64,000 nucleotides of DNA from positions 372,001 to 436,000 of the forward strand of contig NW_021832829.1 in assembly GCF_006345805.1 (NCBI RefSeq). Direction: 5' to 3'. Both the position numbers and the translations under genes were made by a program. Origin of the DNA: Octopus sinensis (taxonomy: Eukaryota). Numbering within the stretch: position 1 is the first letter of the stretch; each line of letters begins with the position of its first letter. The notes beneath the pieces were generated by a model that was not told the DNA's origin, searched no databases, and worked only from the letters and a program-made list of their open reading frames with translations. Below, one piece after another: positions 52,225 to 63,866 of the stretch.

Positions 52225-53657
52225 TCAAAATAAATCAAATTTGGACACTCGTAACTTAGCGCAGGGTAGACCGGTCAACCTGCATCATCGAAGGGTGGAC
52301 AGGGCGAGGCTCATCAGTGAAGTAATCATGAGTAAGAGCATCCTGAGCGGAAATACGTTTTTCTGGAGAATAGCGAAAAAAAGAATTGAGCAAATTGAAT
52401 CCATTCACAGTAAGGTAGTTCCCAAACCTGTTCCGCAATGAGTTATAGCGATAGTCCGGAATTTTAATCATCTTCACTCCTTCCAACTCGGTGAACCCCG
52501 GCCAAATCTTCTCGTTCGGAGAGCCAAGGTCCTTCAACTACTTGATCAATACAACCTTAAAGATTGCGTGAAGTTGATCAATCTCCGACCTGGAGGTCCA
52601 GAGGGGTCTCATGAGCAGCAATTCAGCAAACACACAACCAACAGACCACACATCAACCTTTGTCGAATATTTCTTGAATAAAAAACACACACATACCTTG
52701 ATCCCCAACAACAACTCGGGAGACCGATACCACAGAGTCACAATGACTGGCGTGTAGTTCTTAAGGGGAGAACCATATTCTCGGGCGGAACCAAAGTCAC
52801 CCAACTTGAGGACCCCCCGGTCAGTGATGAGTATGTTTGAAGTCTTAATGTCCCGGTGGAGGATCCAGTTATCGTGCAGGTGGGCCACGGCGGTAAGCAG
52901 TTGCCTTAAAATGCACTTGACTTCTCCAATCCTAAAGGGTGACTTGCGAGCCTCGATTAGCGACTTTAGGTCACTTTGGACGAAATCCATAACCACGTAT
53001 ATTCGATCCATATGTGACCCCACCACAATTTCCCGCACTCCCACAATGTTCTCGTGGGGGGCTTTCAACAAAGTAGATACCTCACGAAGAGAGGTTATCG
53101 GAAATCCATCCTTTTCATTCTCCATCTTGAGTCGCTTCAAAGCCACCAACTCGCCCGTGGTTTTGTCACGTGCCTGGAAGACCACTCCGTAACTCCCCTC
53201 CTCCACCCGAGACAGGTTTTCATACTCTTCCACAAACCGACACCCCTGAATTGCCGGGAAATACGACGCGAGTTTTTTTTCTGGGAATTTTTTTTGAGGG
53301 ACAGCAATCTCTTCGGCAACAATCTCTTCAGCAACAATCTCTTCGGGACTGTCCTCGCTGTTGTCGCCCTCTTCCTTTTTTTCTAATCAGATCTAACGAT
53401 TTAAAAACTATACCAATTTCAGTCTCGCTCTCTGAGTTTTCAGACAAAGGAATGTCACGGAAAAATCCACGACGCTCAATCCTCATTTGCTTGGCACGGA
53501 TTACCTTCCTTGCTAACAATTCTGCAGAAAAGTCATTTTGTCCGCGTTTCTCTGATTCGGTTTTTAATGAGATTTTATAGTCTAGTTCGTTCTTATTGGA
53601 TTCAGAGTCTGCCTCGGATACTTCTCCATTTTCTAATAAAATCTTGAATTTCGACAT
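52225..53657 (-). CDS. CDK11: Cyclin-dependent kinase 11 (PITSLRE)
   Basis: IQGCR.VEEY, EEGSYGVV, GFPITSLRE, HRDIKTSN, DFGSAREYGSP and VTLWYRSPELL. Introns of about 24-31 nt. The last exon is uncertain (stop at 52256 or 52225). Confidence 0.92.
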
Positions 53658-53749
53658 TGATACACAATACTACAACAAGATAGAAATAATAGTTATTATT
53701 AATTATATGATTTCCATTCTATAATCAAGAAAATATTTTTTTACTTATA

Positions 53750-54400
53750 AGATAATTTTGAGTCCACTTCTTTTCAACCTCGTCTTGTCGGACATTCCCC
53801 TGCCGTCTGTATGTACTGGCAAGCTTGTCATCTACACTGATGATATCCTGGTTATGGATACCTCGAAAAGGATATCACAGTCTTGGAGACGATTGAAGTC
53901 GTACATTGCCGAGTTAAAGAAGTGGACTGCTGAGAAGGGCTTGACCATAGCCATCGAGAAGAGCACCATTTCATGGACGCGAAGAGGAACACGTTGTGCA
54001 GCTACGTATTCCTATGCTATGAGTGGTTATGATATGGATCTTTTCAAGAGTTTGAATCTAGACTATTTCGGAGTAATAGTCAACTTCTGTGGTTCGTGCG
54101 CCGACCACGTAGCTAAACAGAGGAAGAAGAGCGTTAGAATCCTCAGAAGCTTAACCAGTTCCATCTGGATCCGGAAACTTACATCTACGTCCACAAAACA
54201 TGTCTACAGCCAGTCCTCACATATGGCTAGAGTGACTACCTTGTCGAACAGTTGGAAAAAACAAAACGTTTCGGATTGAAACTAGCTTATGGAGTACAAC
54301 TTGACGGAAGGCTAGAAAACTCGCAAGAATCTTCTGTCCCCACGATCCGGATGGTCTTGGAGAAATGTTGTCAACACCGACATGAAAAAAAATCTCAAAC
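53750..54400 (+). mobile_element. Jockey/I-like LINE RT fragment
   Basis: LSPLLFNLVLSDIP...YTDDI...W...GL.I..EKS. Confidence 0.75.
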
Positions 54401-55240
54401 TAGGACGTTAATCATTTGACTTGGCCTTAAGACGTGAAAACTACTATAGACAAGAGAAAATAAATATGCAAGCTCTCCACGTGTGTAAAATTAATCGACC
54501 CGTTTTTTTCACGAAAACAGTCCCCTAGAAAATATTAACTTGTTCGGTGTCATTTACATCCTTCGTTTTATCTCAAACTAAGGATCCACTTGACGTGGTC
54601 TTAAGATGTAAGACCTGTAATAGAAATTAGAAAATAAATATGCGAGATCTCCACGTATGTGGAACCAATCAACATGATTTTTTTTAGGGAAACAGTCTCA
54701 CGTGCTTTTCGACAATATTAACTTATCGACCAATTCGACATTTATTCTACCATCAAAAACTAAAGATTCGTGGTACGTCGTCTCAAGATGTGAGACACTC
54801 TATAAAAATCAGAAAATAAATAGGTCGATTGTTGGCACACACGAGTTGAACTTGAGCATTGATTTTCTGATTTTCGGAGTAGGTCTTAAATCTTAAGACG
54901 AAGAATTGTGAAAGCTTAGTTTAAGATTGTAGAAAAGTCAAACAAGTTAATATAATTGACGATTTTCCTTTAAAAAATCAGGTGGATTGGTTCCAAGCAC
55001 GTGGAGAACTTCATAATGATATCTTAATTTTCATTATACAGTGAATCCTCGCAAATTGGCCACCTCGCAAATTGGCCAATTTTTAAATTGGCCAATTTTT
55101 TCACAATTTACTAAGAAAAAAATTAATTTTCTTAGTAAATTGGCCAATTCTCAAATTGGCCACAATTTTTGAATTATTATTTTTTTTAATTAGAAAATAA
55201 ACTATTTTTTTAATCACATCTTAATAATAAAATGGTATGG

Positions 55241-55304
55241 TGTGTGTCTGTCTGTCTGTCTGTCTGTGTGTCTGTCTGTGTGTCTGTCTGTCTGTCTGTG
55301 TGTG
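55241..55304. repeat. (TGTC/TG)n microsatellite in the Helitron 5' end
   Basis: Directly visible. Confidence 0.95.
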
Positions 55305-55326
55305 CACACCAACTTCAAATTGGCAA

Positions 55327-56408
55327 TACGATGTCCTCGACTTACATGATGAGGTCCTTAAAACCTTCCCCCCAAAAAAAATTAAAAAAAATTTTTCTGC
55401 GTTTTGGTCAAAATGAACAACTACGATGTCCTCGACTTACATGATGAGGTCCTTAAAACCTTCCCCCCCAAAAAAAATTAAAAAAAAATTTTCTGCATTT
55501 TGGTTAAAATGAACAACTACGATGTCCTCGACTTACATGATGAGGTCCTTAAAACCTTCCCCCCCAAAAAAATTAAAAAAAATTTTCTGCATTTTGGTTA
55601 AAATGAACAACTACAATGTCCTCGACTTACATGATGAAGTCCTTAAAACCTTCCCCCCAAAAAAATTAAAAAAAATTTTCTGCATTTTGGTTAAAATGAA
55701 CAACTACAATGTCCTCGACTTACATGATGAAGTCCTTAAAACCTTCCCCCCCAAAAAAATTAAAAAAAAATTTTCTGCATTTTGGTTAAAATGAACAACT
55801 ACAATGTCCTCGACTTACATGATGAAGTCCTTAAAACCTTCCCCCCCAAAAAAATTAAAAAAAATTTTCTGCATTTTGGTTAAAATGAACAACTACAATG
55901 TCCTCGACTTACATGATGAAGTCCTTAAAACCTTCCCCCCAAAAAAATTAAAAAAAAATTTTCTGCATTTTGGTTAAAATGAACAACTACAATGTCCTCG
56001 ACTTACATGATGAAGTCCTTAAAACCTTCCCCCCCAAAAAAATTAAAAAAAAATTTTCTGCATTTTGGTTAAAATGAACAACTACAATGTCCTCGACTTA
56101 CATGATGAAGTCCTTAAAACCTTCCCCCCAAAAAAATTAAAAAAAAATTTTCTGCATTTTGTTAAAATGAACAACTACAATGTCCTCAACTTACATGATG
56201 AAGTCCTTAAAACCTTCCCCCCCAAAAAAAATTAAAAAAAAATTTTCTGCATTTTGGTTAAAATGAACAACTACAATGTCCTCGACTTACATGATGAAGT
56301 CCTTAAAACCTTTCCCTTAAAAAATCAAAAAATTATTTTCTGCATTTTGATTAAAATGAACAACGCGAATGTCCTCGACATTCATGATGAGGTCCATTAA
56401 AACCTTCA
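55327..56408. repeat. Minisatellite with an about 94-bp unit, 11 full copies plus 1 partial
   Basis: Unit starts at 55327, 55422, 55518, 55612, 55705, 55800, 55894, 55988, 56083, 56176, 56272 and 56365. Confidence 0.97.
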
Positions 56409-59339
56409 AGGCAAAAATCTCACGTATTAAGAATATCCTTGATGAAAACGACAGCGAGAATATTAACAATGATGAACTCCCAATTATTCGCGATAAAGAA
56501 ATTCAATTCATCCTATGTTTTTCTCTTTAAAATTAAATGCATATATCATTATTGACCATGAATCAAAATTAAAGCTATTATCATATTTGACTTTGACAGA
56601 ATGTGCAATCACAGATTGCACGACTTTGAATAGAGTGTGCAATTAACAGATTTTGAAAAACCACTTTGATAGTTGAAACCACATTAGCACAATCATTAAC
56701 ACAATTTACCACCAATTGACGCACGACCTTGAATAGAGTGTGCAATTAACAGATTTTGAAAAACACTTTGATAGTTGAAACCACATTAGCACAACCATTA
56801 ACACAATTTACCACCAATTGACAGCGCAATCAGAAGAATTTGCGTAAAAATATTAACTATTTACTTGAGTTTTTCGTAAAGATAGAATTTATTTTCGGTA
56901 TGCCTCTTTTCCTAAACTTTTTTATTATTCAAAAATAATTTTTTAAATAGATAACCGAAGGAGGAAAAACGAAGCTGAAGAAAAAACGGTCAGCTTAATA
57001 AGGTAATTAATTAAATCTTTTTTGTGTGTCGCTTTTTTGTGTGTCGCTTTCTTGCCTGCCGCATTTCCGCCTGCCGCATCTCCCCCTGCCCCATTTCCGC
57101 CAGTAAAAAACAAAAAGAGAAAAAAAAGGAAATTACAAAGGAAAAATGAAAAAATCAAATATAAAAAAAAATAAACCACAAAAAATGAAAAAAAAAGTGT
57201 GCAATGACAATAAACAAGGCCCAGGGACAGTCATTAAAGGTAGTTGGGTTATTTTTAGAGAGTGAGTGCTTTTTACATGGACAGCTGTATGTGGGATGCT
57301 CGAGGGTAGGCAGAAGAGAAAATTTATTCATATATGCCAAGGAAGGACGGACGACAAACATCGTTTATCAACAGGCGATAGAATAGGGTTACATTTAACC
57401 AGGTAGTTTTATACATCTACATAAACTTATAGTTGTTTGATGAAACAGGCCCTCCGCAGGAGCTAGGTCGCGGTGAGCGAAGCGAGCTGCCGAGCTAGTG
57501 TCTTATAAAATTTCTCGTGGACGTTATACTCGGCTCACTTTTCTTGAAAAAACACAAATTATAAACTACAAGGAAGAAAATGACAGTGTTTCGTGTCAGC
57601 TTCTGGCTGACAGATTCTCACATTTATTCCACAAGACGATCTCGAGAAAGACGATCAATAATCTACTGCTTAATAAAGACTCTATTTTACGGGATTCGAA
57701 AATCTATCAAAATTCGTATAAAGCTGCTCACAAACCAAAATTTCCTACGCTTGAAGAAAAATTGATCGAATGGATGGATACAATAGAGTCTAAAGGTATT
57801 AATTGAAAACCATTTTTAGGTGGTTTTTTGAATGATTCCTTAATATCGTGTAAGGCTGCGCATTTTGCCGAAGAGCTACAACTTAGTAACTTTAAAAATT
57901 ATAATGGATTTCTGGCAAAATTCAAAAAGAGACACGGTTTTAGAATGCTAAAATTACATGGAGAGATGCGAACAGATAAAGTAGTTGACATTAATTCTTT
58001 TCGTGAAGAATTTAAAGAAATTTCTAAATCGTATAAGCCTGATCTAATTTATAATTTGGATGAAACTGCATTATACTACAAGCTTATTCCATCGAAAAGC
58101 GTATGCAGAAACCGATTCCAAGGATACAAAATTTTAAAGACCGTGTGTCTATTATGCTTTGTTCAAACATGACCGGAAGTCATAAATTGAAACCTGTGAT
58201 GATTGGAAAACCAAAAATGCCTAGATGTTTTAAAAATTTTGACTATGGATGTCTTGTCTCATATTATAGCTCACAGAAAGCTTGGATGACTGGATCTATT
58301 TTTATTGATTGGATTATTAGCTTTGATCTCCAGCTTAAAATTAAAAAGAAGAAAATTTTATTGCTAATAGACCACTGTCCTGCACATTCTATTCCTCAAA
58401 ACTTGGATTGTATTAAGATTTTATTTTTTCCTAAAAATTCTACTGGATTACTACAACCAATGGATATTGGAATTATAAAAACCTTCAAGACTCATTTCAT
58501 GAGAAGAAAGCTACAGTACTTAACTGATTTGCTGGAGACTGAAATATTTCTGTATACAATTCATACAAAAAATTGACATTAAAAGATGCAATTTTGTTTG
58601 TTAATATGGCTTGGGATGACGTATCTACTGAAACTATTCAAAATTGTTTTAAGATTTTAAATGAATCTAATCACGAAAATACATTAATTGAACATTATGA
58701 GACTGAAATTGAAAGAACTGACATTTTCGATCCTCTAATGAGCGAAGATTTTCTAAATATCGAAAACACAGAAGATCAAGATATAAACGAAAATTGTTTA
58801 CAAGAGGATCAAGAGTCTGAAATTAGCGACGAAGAGACAAAAATCATATATCCACTCGATAGAAAAGATATTGCAAAGACATTAACTAGAATAGAAAGGC
58901 AACTTTACTGTAATGCAGAAAATGAGAATGATGTTTCGCTGATTACTGCAATAAGAAAATACAAAGAAAATGTAAAAAGAGCAAATAAAAAGGAATTAGG
59001 GATTGAATTTTATTTTATAAAATTTAAACGTGTTTATTTTATTTTTTAAATATTGATTTTTTTCAAATTGGCCATTTTCTCAAATTGGCCATAAAATCTC
59101 TATGTACCAAAAATGGCCAATTTGCGAGGATTCACTGTATGTCTCACATTTTAAGAAGACGTATTGTGAAGCTTTAGTCTGAAATAATAGGAAGGATGCC
59201 GAGAAGAAAGAACAAATTAATATAGCGTTTAACTCATGACGTCGAAGAGAGTCAGTTGAATGTAGTACGAGTACAGTAGAGGCATCTAACGTGTAGATCT
59301 CCTCCCACGTAGGGACCGATCGCCATTGGTTATTATATT

Positions 59340-59660
59340 ACGCAATATATTATTATAGGCACTTTTGCGATGCCATGGATCATGACAAAGCTTGTGCAGC
59401 ACAGGAAACAATAAGAGTAATTAGTCTATTCCATTTCCCGCGATCTTGGGCAACGTCCCGTAGTGCATCGAGATCGTCCCCGGCTTTCAATTCTTTACGA
59501 GCCCTCTTTAGGTCTCTATCCAGCGTACCTGGGAGAGTATTTCTTGGTCGCCCACAGAAACGATGACCCCCAGCTTCGAAATAGTCTGTCGCGAGCGCTG
59601 AGAGCGATGACAGGTGATTTGACAGCTGCCAGCATCTGTCATGATAAATATATAACAAAC
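59340..59660 (-). mobile_element. RTE-like LINE 3' end
   Basis: GRPRNTL...LDRDL...L..VAQDRGKW, followed by a tat/taa-rich tail. Confidence 0.75.
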
Positions 59661-59689
59661 TTCAAAAAAGAAATTAAAGATAGCTAAGT

Positions 59690-59865
59690 AAATTAAAGGC
59701 CTCACGAGACACCCGGCCAGCCTCGCAAATGGCGAAGCCGTTCCCTCGGATCACAGCAATCGACAGACGTTCCAGGAGCCAAGAAAACTCTCTTGGATCG
59801 TGACTAGTCCTTGAAATCCGTCGACCGAGCGAGCGAAGGAAGCGGAGTGTCTTGGGGCCGAAAAA
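59690..59865 (-). mobile_element. Extremely 5'-truncated CRE 3' tip
   Basis: Encodes ...ERLSIAVIRGN.... Near-identical to 60495-60597. Confidence 0.75.
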
Positions 59866-59944
59866 TTATAAATATACATAATTATCATAAATTGATTCAC
59901 TTTATTAAAAAAATTATAAATTAAGTTTCGAAATAATTTGGGCA

Positions 59945-60345
59945 ATCAGGTGTTAAGGAAAATCCAAAACGTTTTGATATGGAAGAATTGGAAGTTGGAG
60001 AAAATCCAGACATTTATAATAAAGGTTTTTTATTGTTATTTATTAGTAAAAATGATGAGTACAATTTAATTTTGAGAGGATGAATTTGGAGTCTTCATAT
60101 TATAGAAGAATGAATAGGAAAATGGGAGTCCATCGATCAAAATATGAGTTAGATGTTGGACATATTGTATTCTATTTTTAATTACTTAAAGGTTCGTGTA
60201 TAAAAAGATTATGGGACGAATCCTTCTCTTCGATTAAAAAAATTTGAACATCCGTATGGGGATCCAGTAACTATTGTCGAGAAATTGTCTAACAATTTTG
60301 TCAAAGTGCTAGGTCTATTAAGAAAGTTGATTCAAGGCGACTAAA
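59945..60345 (+). mobile_element. Second, diverged Ginger-like integrase C-terminal fragment
   Basis: YYRRMNRKMGVHRSKYELDVGHI|VRV..DYGTNP. The 25-nt intron 60167-60191 is at the same position as 5184-5208. Confidence 0.65.
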
Positions 60346-60494
60346 AAAATTCAAGAGGACTTAAATAATTGTTAATTATTATTCTTTCTCGATCGCGTCT
60401 AATTCTTTCTCGATCGCGTCGGCTTCCCGTCCATGAAGCTTTCAACACTTGACCGAATTTTTTTTTTAAACAAGAAAGAAATTAATAAGTTAAT

Positions 60495-60597
60495 TAAAGG
60501 CATCACGAGACACCCGGCCAGCCTCGCGAATGGCGAAGCCGTTCCCTCGGATCACAGCAATCGACAGACGTTCCAGGAGCCAAGAAAACTCTCTTGG
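60495..60597 (-). mobile_element. Extremely 5'-truncated CRE 3' tip (twin of 59690)
   Basis: About 100 bp with 2 mismatches to the 59690 copy. Confidence 0.75.
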
Positions 60598-60764
60598 GGT
60601 TAAGGTTTAACTCTCTTGCCAAGAAAATTCTTTTTTTGTAACAAATAAATTCATATTTCTTCAAAAAAAATTATCATTTATTAATTGTCAATAATTGACC
60701 TTAGTTAACTTTGATGTAATAGATTTTTTTTGTTAAAATTTTTTTTATTTAATGGAAATTGTTA

Positions 60765-62860
60765 AAAAAATCTAGCTATTAAGTACTGGCTCGCAGAATT
60801 GAAAGACAATTCCCGCGTAAAACAGCCAGCGAGATCCTCTGAATAAGGAATATAAATTTCCTGGGATCTCGGGAGCGATAGTTGCACAGACGGCCAAGTT
60901 TCTTAAGGTGAGCAAACGTCTTGGCCCCCAAAACATAGGAAGTCTCGACGGCAATTGTTCAAAACCTAAATCGGTCGCGCAAATCCTTGTATTTCGTTAA
61001 TTTCGCGAATTCGGCCTTCTCGGCCGACGAACCGGGGCGACAAGCCGTGGAATTCAAGGCTTCCTTGGCGAAAGAGTCGGCACACATGACGTCCCAAACG
61101 GAGTGAATCCTTATCGAGAACAGTATCCAAAAGCGGAGAAAAAAGTACATTCAGCCAGGAGCCTGAGTATGGCTGACAGGCGGAACGGAAACAAGACAGT
61201 CTGTGTTGGTCGAGTTTTGTCCCAATCTCGCTGAGAAAAGATATCGGAAGGGACTTCAGAGAAATTTTGTTTCCAAAGTGCAAGGGTCGAATCGATATCA
61301 GAGTCCAACGATGATTCAGTAGTTTTTTCCAGAATCTTTTGGACAAGGAGATATGATCCAGACGCCGAAAAAAGAAAGGCAGGAAGAGCCAAATCAATAC
61401 TGGAACGGAGGCCCAGACCCCCGTGACTCAAGGAAGTTTAGCCTGACACCAGGCAATATCGTCGAAATGCACATTAAGAATTTTCTCCGCAGAACTCGAA
61501 CGAATTTATCATATGATTCCAGCACTTGCGTGACATAAAAACAAGGAGAGCTCCTCAGGATATAAATAATTTTTGGGATCAAAAGATAATTCTTGCGGAT
61601 GTAGAATGAAGGATGAGGATCAATGATAGAAAGTTTTTCACAAAGAGATGCGATAAGATTTTTTTGGCGAGGAGGATTCGTGTAGCTGAGTCGGCGAGAA
61701 TCGGTGACCCCAGAATTTCCAGATCAGACAGAAGTGTCTGTCTCAACTCAGGAAGGAGTCCACAGAAAAGAGAGAAGAAGTTCTTAAACAGGGATGGCTC
61801 AACAGAGAAATTGACAATCTCAGACTTGCTGGAATTAATGTCGGATAACGCCGAAATTAGAATGGCCAGGTCCTTCAACAAAACACCAGGTGGACCGCCC
61901 AGGGTGCAATCGTCGAGATACCAGAGATTAAGGAGTGATTCATTAACCCGGGCAATGGGATCCACGGCAAGAGCGAAAAGTAATGGTCCCAAAGGATCAC
62001 CCTGTTGGACGCCACAGGACGAAGAAATGAAAAAACCGCCGGCGATTAAAAGTGATGGAAGCGAGTACGAAAGTGAGATAAAAGGAAGCAAGTGTGGAAC
62101 ACGGTCTTGACAGACCTCCAACAAATAGCCACGGTCCAGAGAATTGAAAGCATTAGTTACATCCAGTTTCAATAAGGCAAGGGGAATATTGGAACGAATA
62201 GAAGCGTGAATAAAACAACGACAGGCATAGACAAAAGACTCGCAGCCGCCAGGAACACCCACACCCAAATGAATGGGCTGCAGTTGCTCGCCAATAGAAG
62301 GGATAACGGACTTGCAACAGATTTTCGCAAATAAACGACGAAAGACATTTCCAACAGGAATAGGCCTGATACCACCATCTTTCTTGCCCAAAGCTGTAAG
62401 ATTCGCGGAAAAGAACAGAATTCTAGCATGGTCAGAAATTTTGCCGCTTAGAAATAAATTGCACAAGTTAGTGCAAGCATTCAAGAGGTGATTCCCGGTA
62501 TCACCAGTTGCGGAAATTAAGTCTCTCAAATGAATAGGGCGGAGACCGTCGATACCTTTGCTACTGTTACCCCTAAAAAAGTTTAAGACGTCCAGAAGTT
62601 GTTTGGAAGAAACAGAAAAGGGAAAACAGGAGGAATGGGCCATATCAAAGGTTACTGGTTTTCTAATAGGGTGCTTTTCCTTGAGAATGCGAGCAACATC
62701 GGGGGTGATTGTACGGACAGAATCGGAAGATGACAAGAGACGAACAGCCGCGCTGACATCATGCGACATTAGACAGGAGTTAATCAGAGACCGTAAACGT
62801 TTAGAAGCGTCCTTCGACGAGAGCATAGCGGTAGATTTTAAATGGGAGAGAAACGGAAGA
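60765..62860 (-). mobile_element. CRE retrotransposon, RT present, CCHC/REL core deleted, frameshifted
   Basis: ORF 61579-62826 with NLTALGKK, LDVTNAFN, GVQQGDPLGP and WYLDD. DSLR joins directly to VWDVMCAD. Confidence 0.92.
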
Positions 62861-62889
62861 TAAAGAGTGAGAAATACGCTAAAATTGGA

Positions 62890-63065
62890 AATGACAGAGT
62901 GTTTGTCCCCTTGACTGTTGAGACGTCAGGAATACAAGGAACCTTCTACTCGGAGCCTACTCCTGCGGATTGGCTCACTAATGGAAAAGGTTACCGGCGA
63001 TCCGTCTAAGCACCGGTATTTAACCGAACGAATATCCATAGCCATAGTCAGAGGCAATGACCAGT
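62890..63065 (+). mobile_element. CRE 3' fragment
   Basis: FVPLTVETSG...HRYLTERISIAIVRGN. Confidence 0.8.
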
Positions 63066-63099
63066 TTTCTCTAGTCTTTTTATTAATAAATGTCACCGT

Positions 63100-63258
63100 C
63101 CAGACCGGCCGGGGTGCCAGATCGGTCACGTTCAAAATTAAAAAAAAATTATCTTTTTTTTGGGATGATTTTTTTGGGATGATTCCTCTGGATTGCATGA
63201 AATTGATAGCTTCTGACATATTTGTGGGTAGATTGAATAGATTGACCTCACTTCTCAT
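63100..63258 (-). mobile_element. Possible Merlin/ISXO2-like transposase N-terminal fragment
   Basis: LFNLPTNMSEAINFMQSRGIIP resembles the N-termini of Merlin-type transposases (from recall). Confidence 0.35.
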
Positions 63259-63399
63259 TTAAATTAAAGTAGCGTGGGATTTTATTATTTTTATATTGTA
63301 TTATTTTTAATTATATATTTTTTTTAACTAAAAAAAATATAGTTTTTTTAAAATTCGCTAAAAAGTGGCCGCCAACTACTACATATGTACCGTAAACCA

Positions 63400-63866
63400 T
63401 TCCAAAAAAATGATATGTTTATTTGAAAGTAATTTTGTTTGCGAACAGTTATTTTTAAAAATGAAAAACACGAAAAACAATCATAGAACAGAAATTACTG
63501 ATAATCATCTTAAATTACTGATAATCATGTTCCGCCTCTTAATTAGTGATTTCTTTACCTTATAAACTGTCTAAATTCAAAAAAAAAAAATCATCTTAAT
63601 GTTGTTTTAATTTTAGCGTCCACGACCTATGCACCCAATATCGATGAACTCCCGAACAATCCAAAGTAGTCGATTGAAAGAAGGACAAATGACAGTATAT
63701 GAAAAATTAAACAGCAAATTCATTTAAAATAAAATTTACACGTTGTTTGGATAAAGTTTTATTCAATTAATTAATATTAGCCCTAAATAAGTAAAAAAAT
63801 ATCCGGCCCGCAGACCAATAATTTTTTATAATCCGGCCCGTGAAGTCGAAATTCTGCCGACCCCTG
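63400..63866 (+). mobile_element. hAT (Buster-like) 3' end
   Basis: LFESNFVCEQLF.KMK.TK..HR..ITD.HL, repeated tccggcccg motifs, and terminus tgccgacccctg (reverse complement CAGGGGTCGGCA). Confidence 0.8.

Larger units (their letters stand above)
55219..57498 (+). mobile_element. Non-autonomous Helitron
   Basis: A|TCTTAATAAT 5' end and GC-rich subterminal GCGAAGC then CTAG|T 3' end, with no TSD. PIF1 helicase tail MTINKAQGQSL...HGQLYVGCSRV...TTNIVY (57204-57386). Confidence 0.92.
55039..59137 (+). mobile_element. pogo/Tigger transposon, complete ends, one micro-intron, interrupted by a Helitron
   Basis: Perfect 24-bp TIR cagtgaatcctcgcaaattggcca with TA TSD. Motifs YNLDETAL, LIDHCPAH and QPMDIGII. 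Intron 57796-57819 (24 nt); one frameshift near 58130. Confidence 0.95.
54420..59260. repeat. Foldback-like structure of degenerate about 180-bp units (direct at 54420-54830; inverted at about 54880-55036 and 59140-59260), split by the pogo insertion
   Basis: Unit starts tggccttaagacgtg / tggtcttaagatgta / gtctcaagatgtgag. Inverted copies: gattggttccaagcacgtggaga and gtctcacattttaagaagacg. Confidence 0.6.

Noticed and set aside
55232-55794. ORFs 55232-55444 and 55522-55794
   Set aside because: They are translations of microsatellite and minisatellite sequence.
55327-56408. CRISPR-like array
   Set aside because: The units are contiguous with no unique spacers, the context is eukaryotic and there are no cas genes. 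It is a Helitron minisatellite.
56943-57179. Gly/Ala-repeat ORF (GGNAAG, KKATH)
   Set aside because: It is low-complexity 15-bp repeats inside the Helitron, not a gene.
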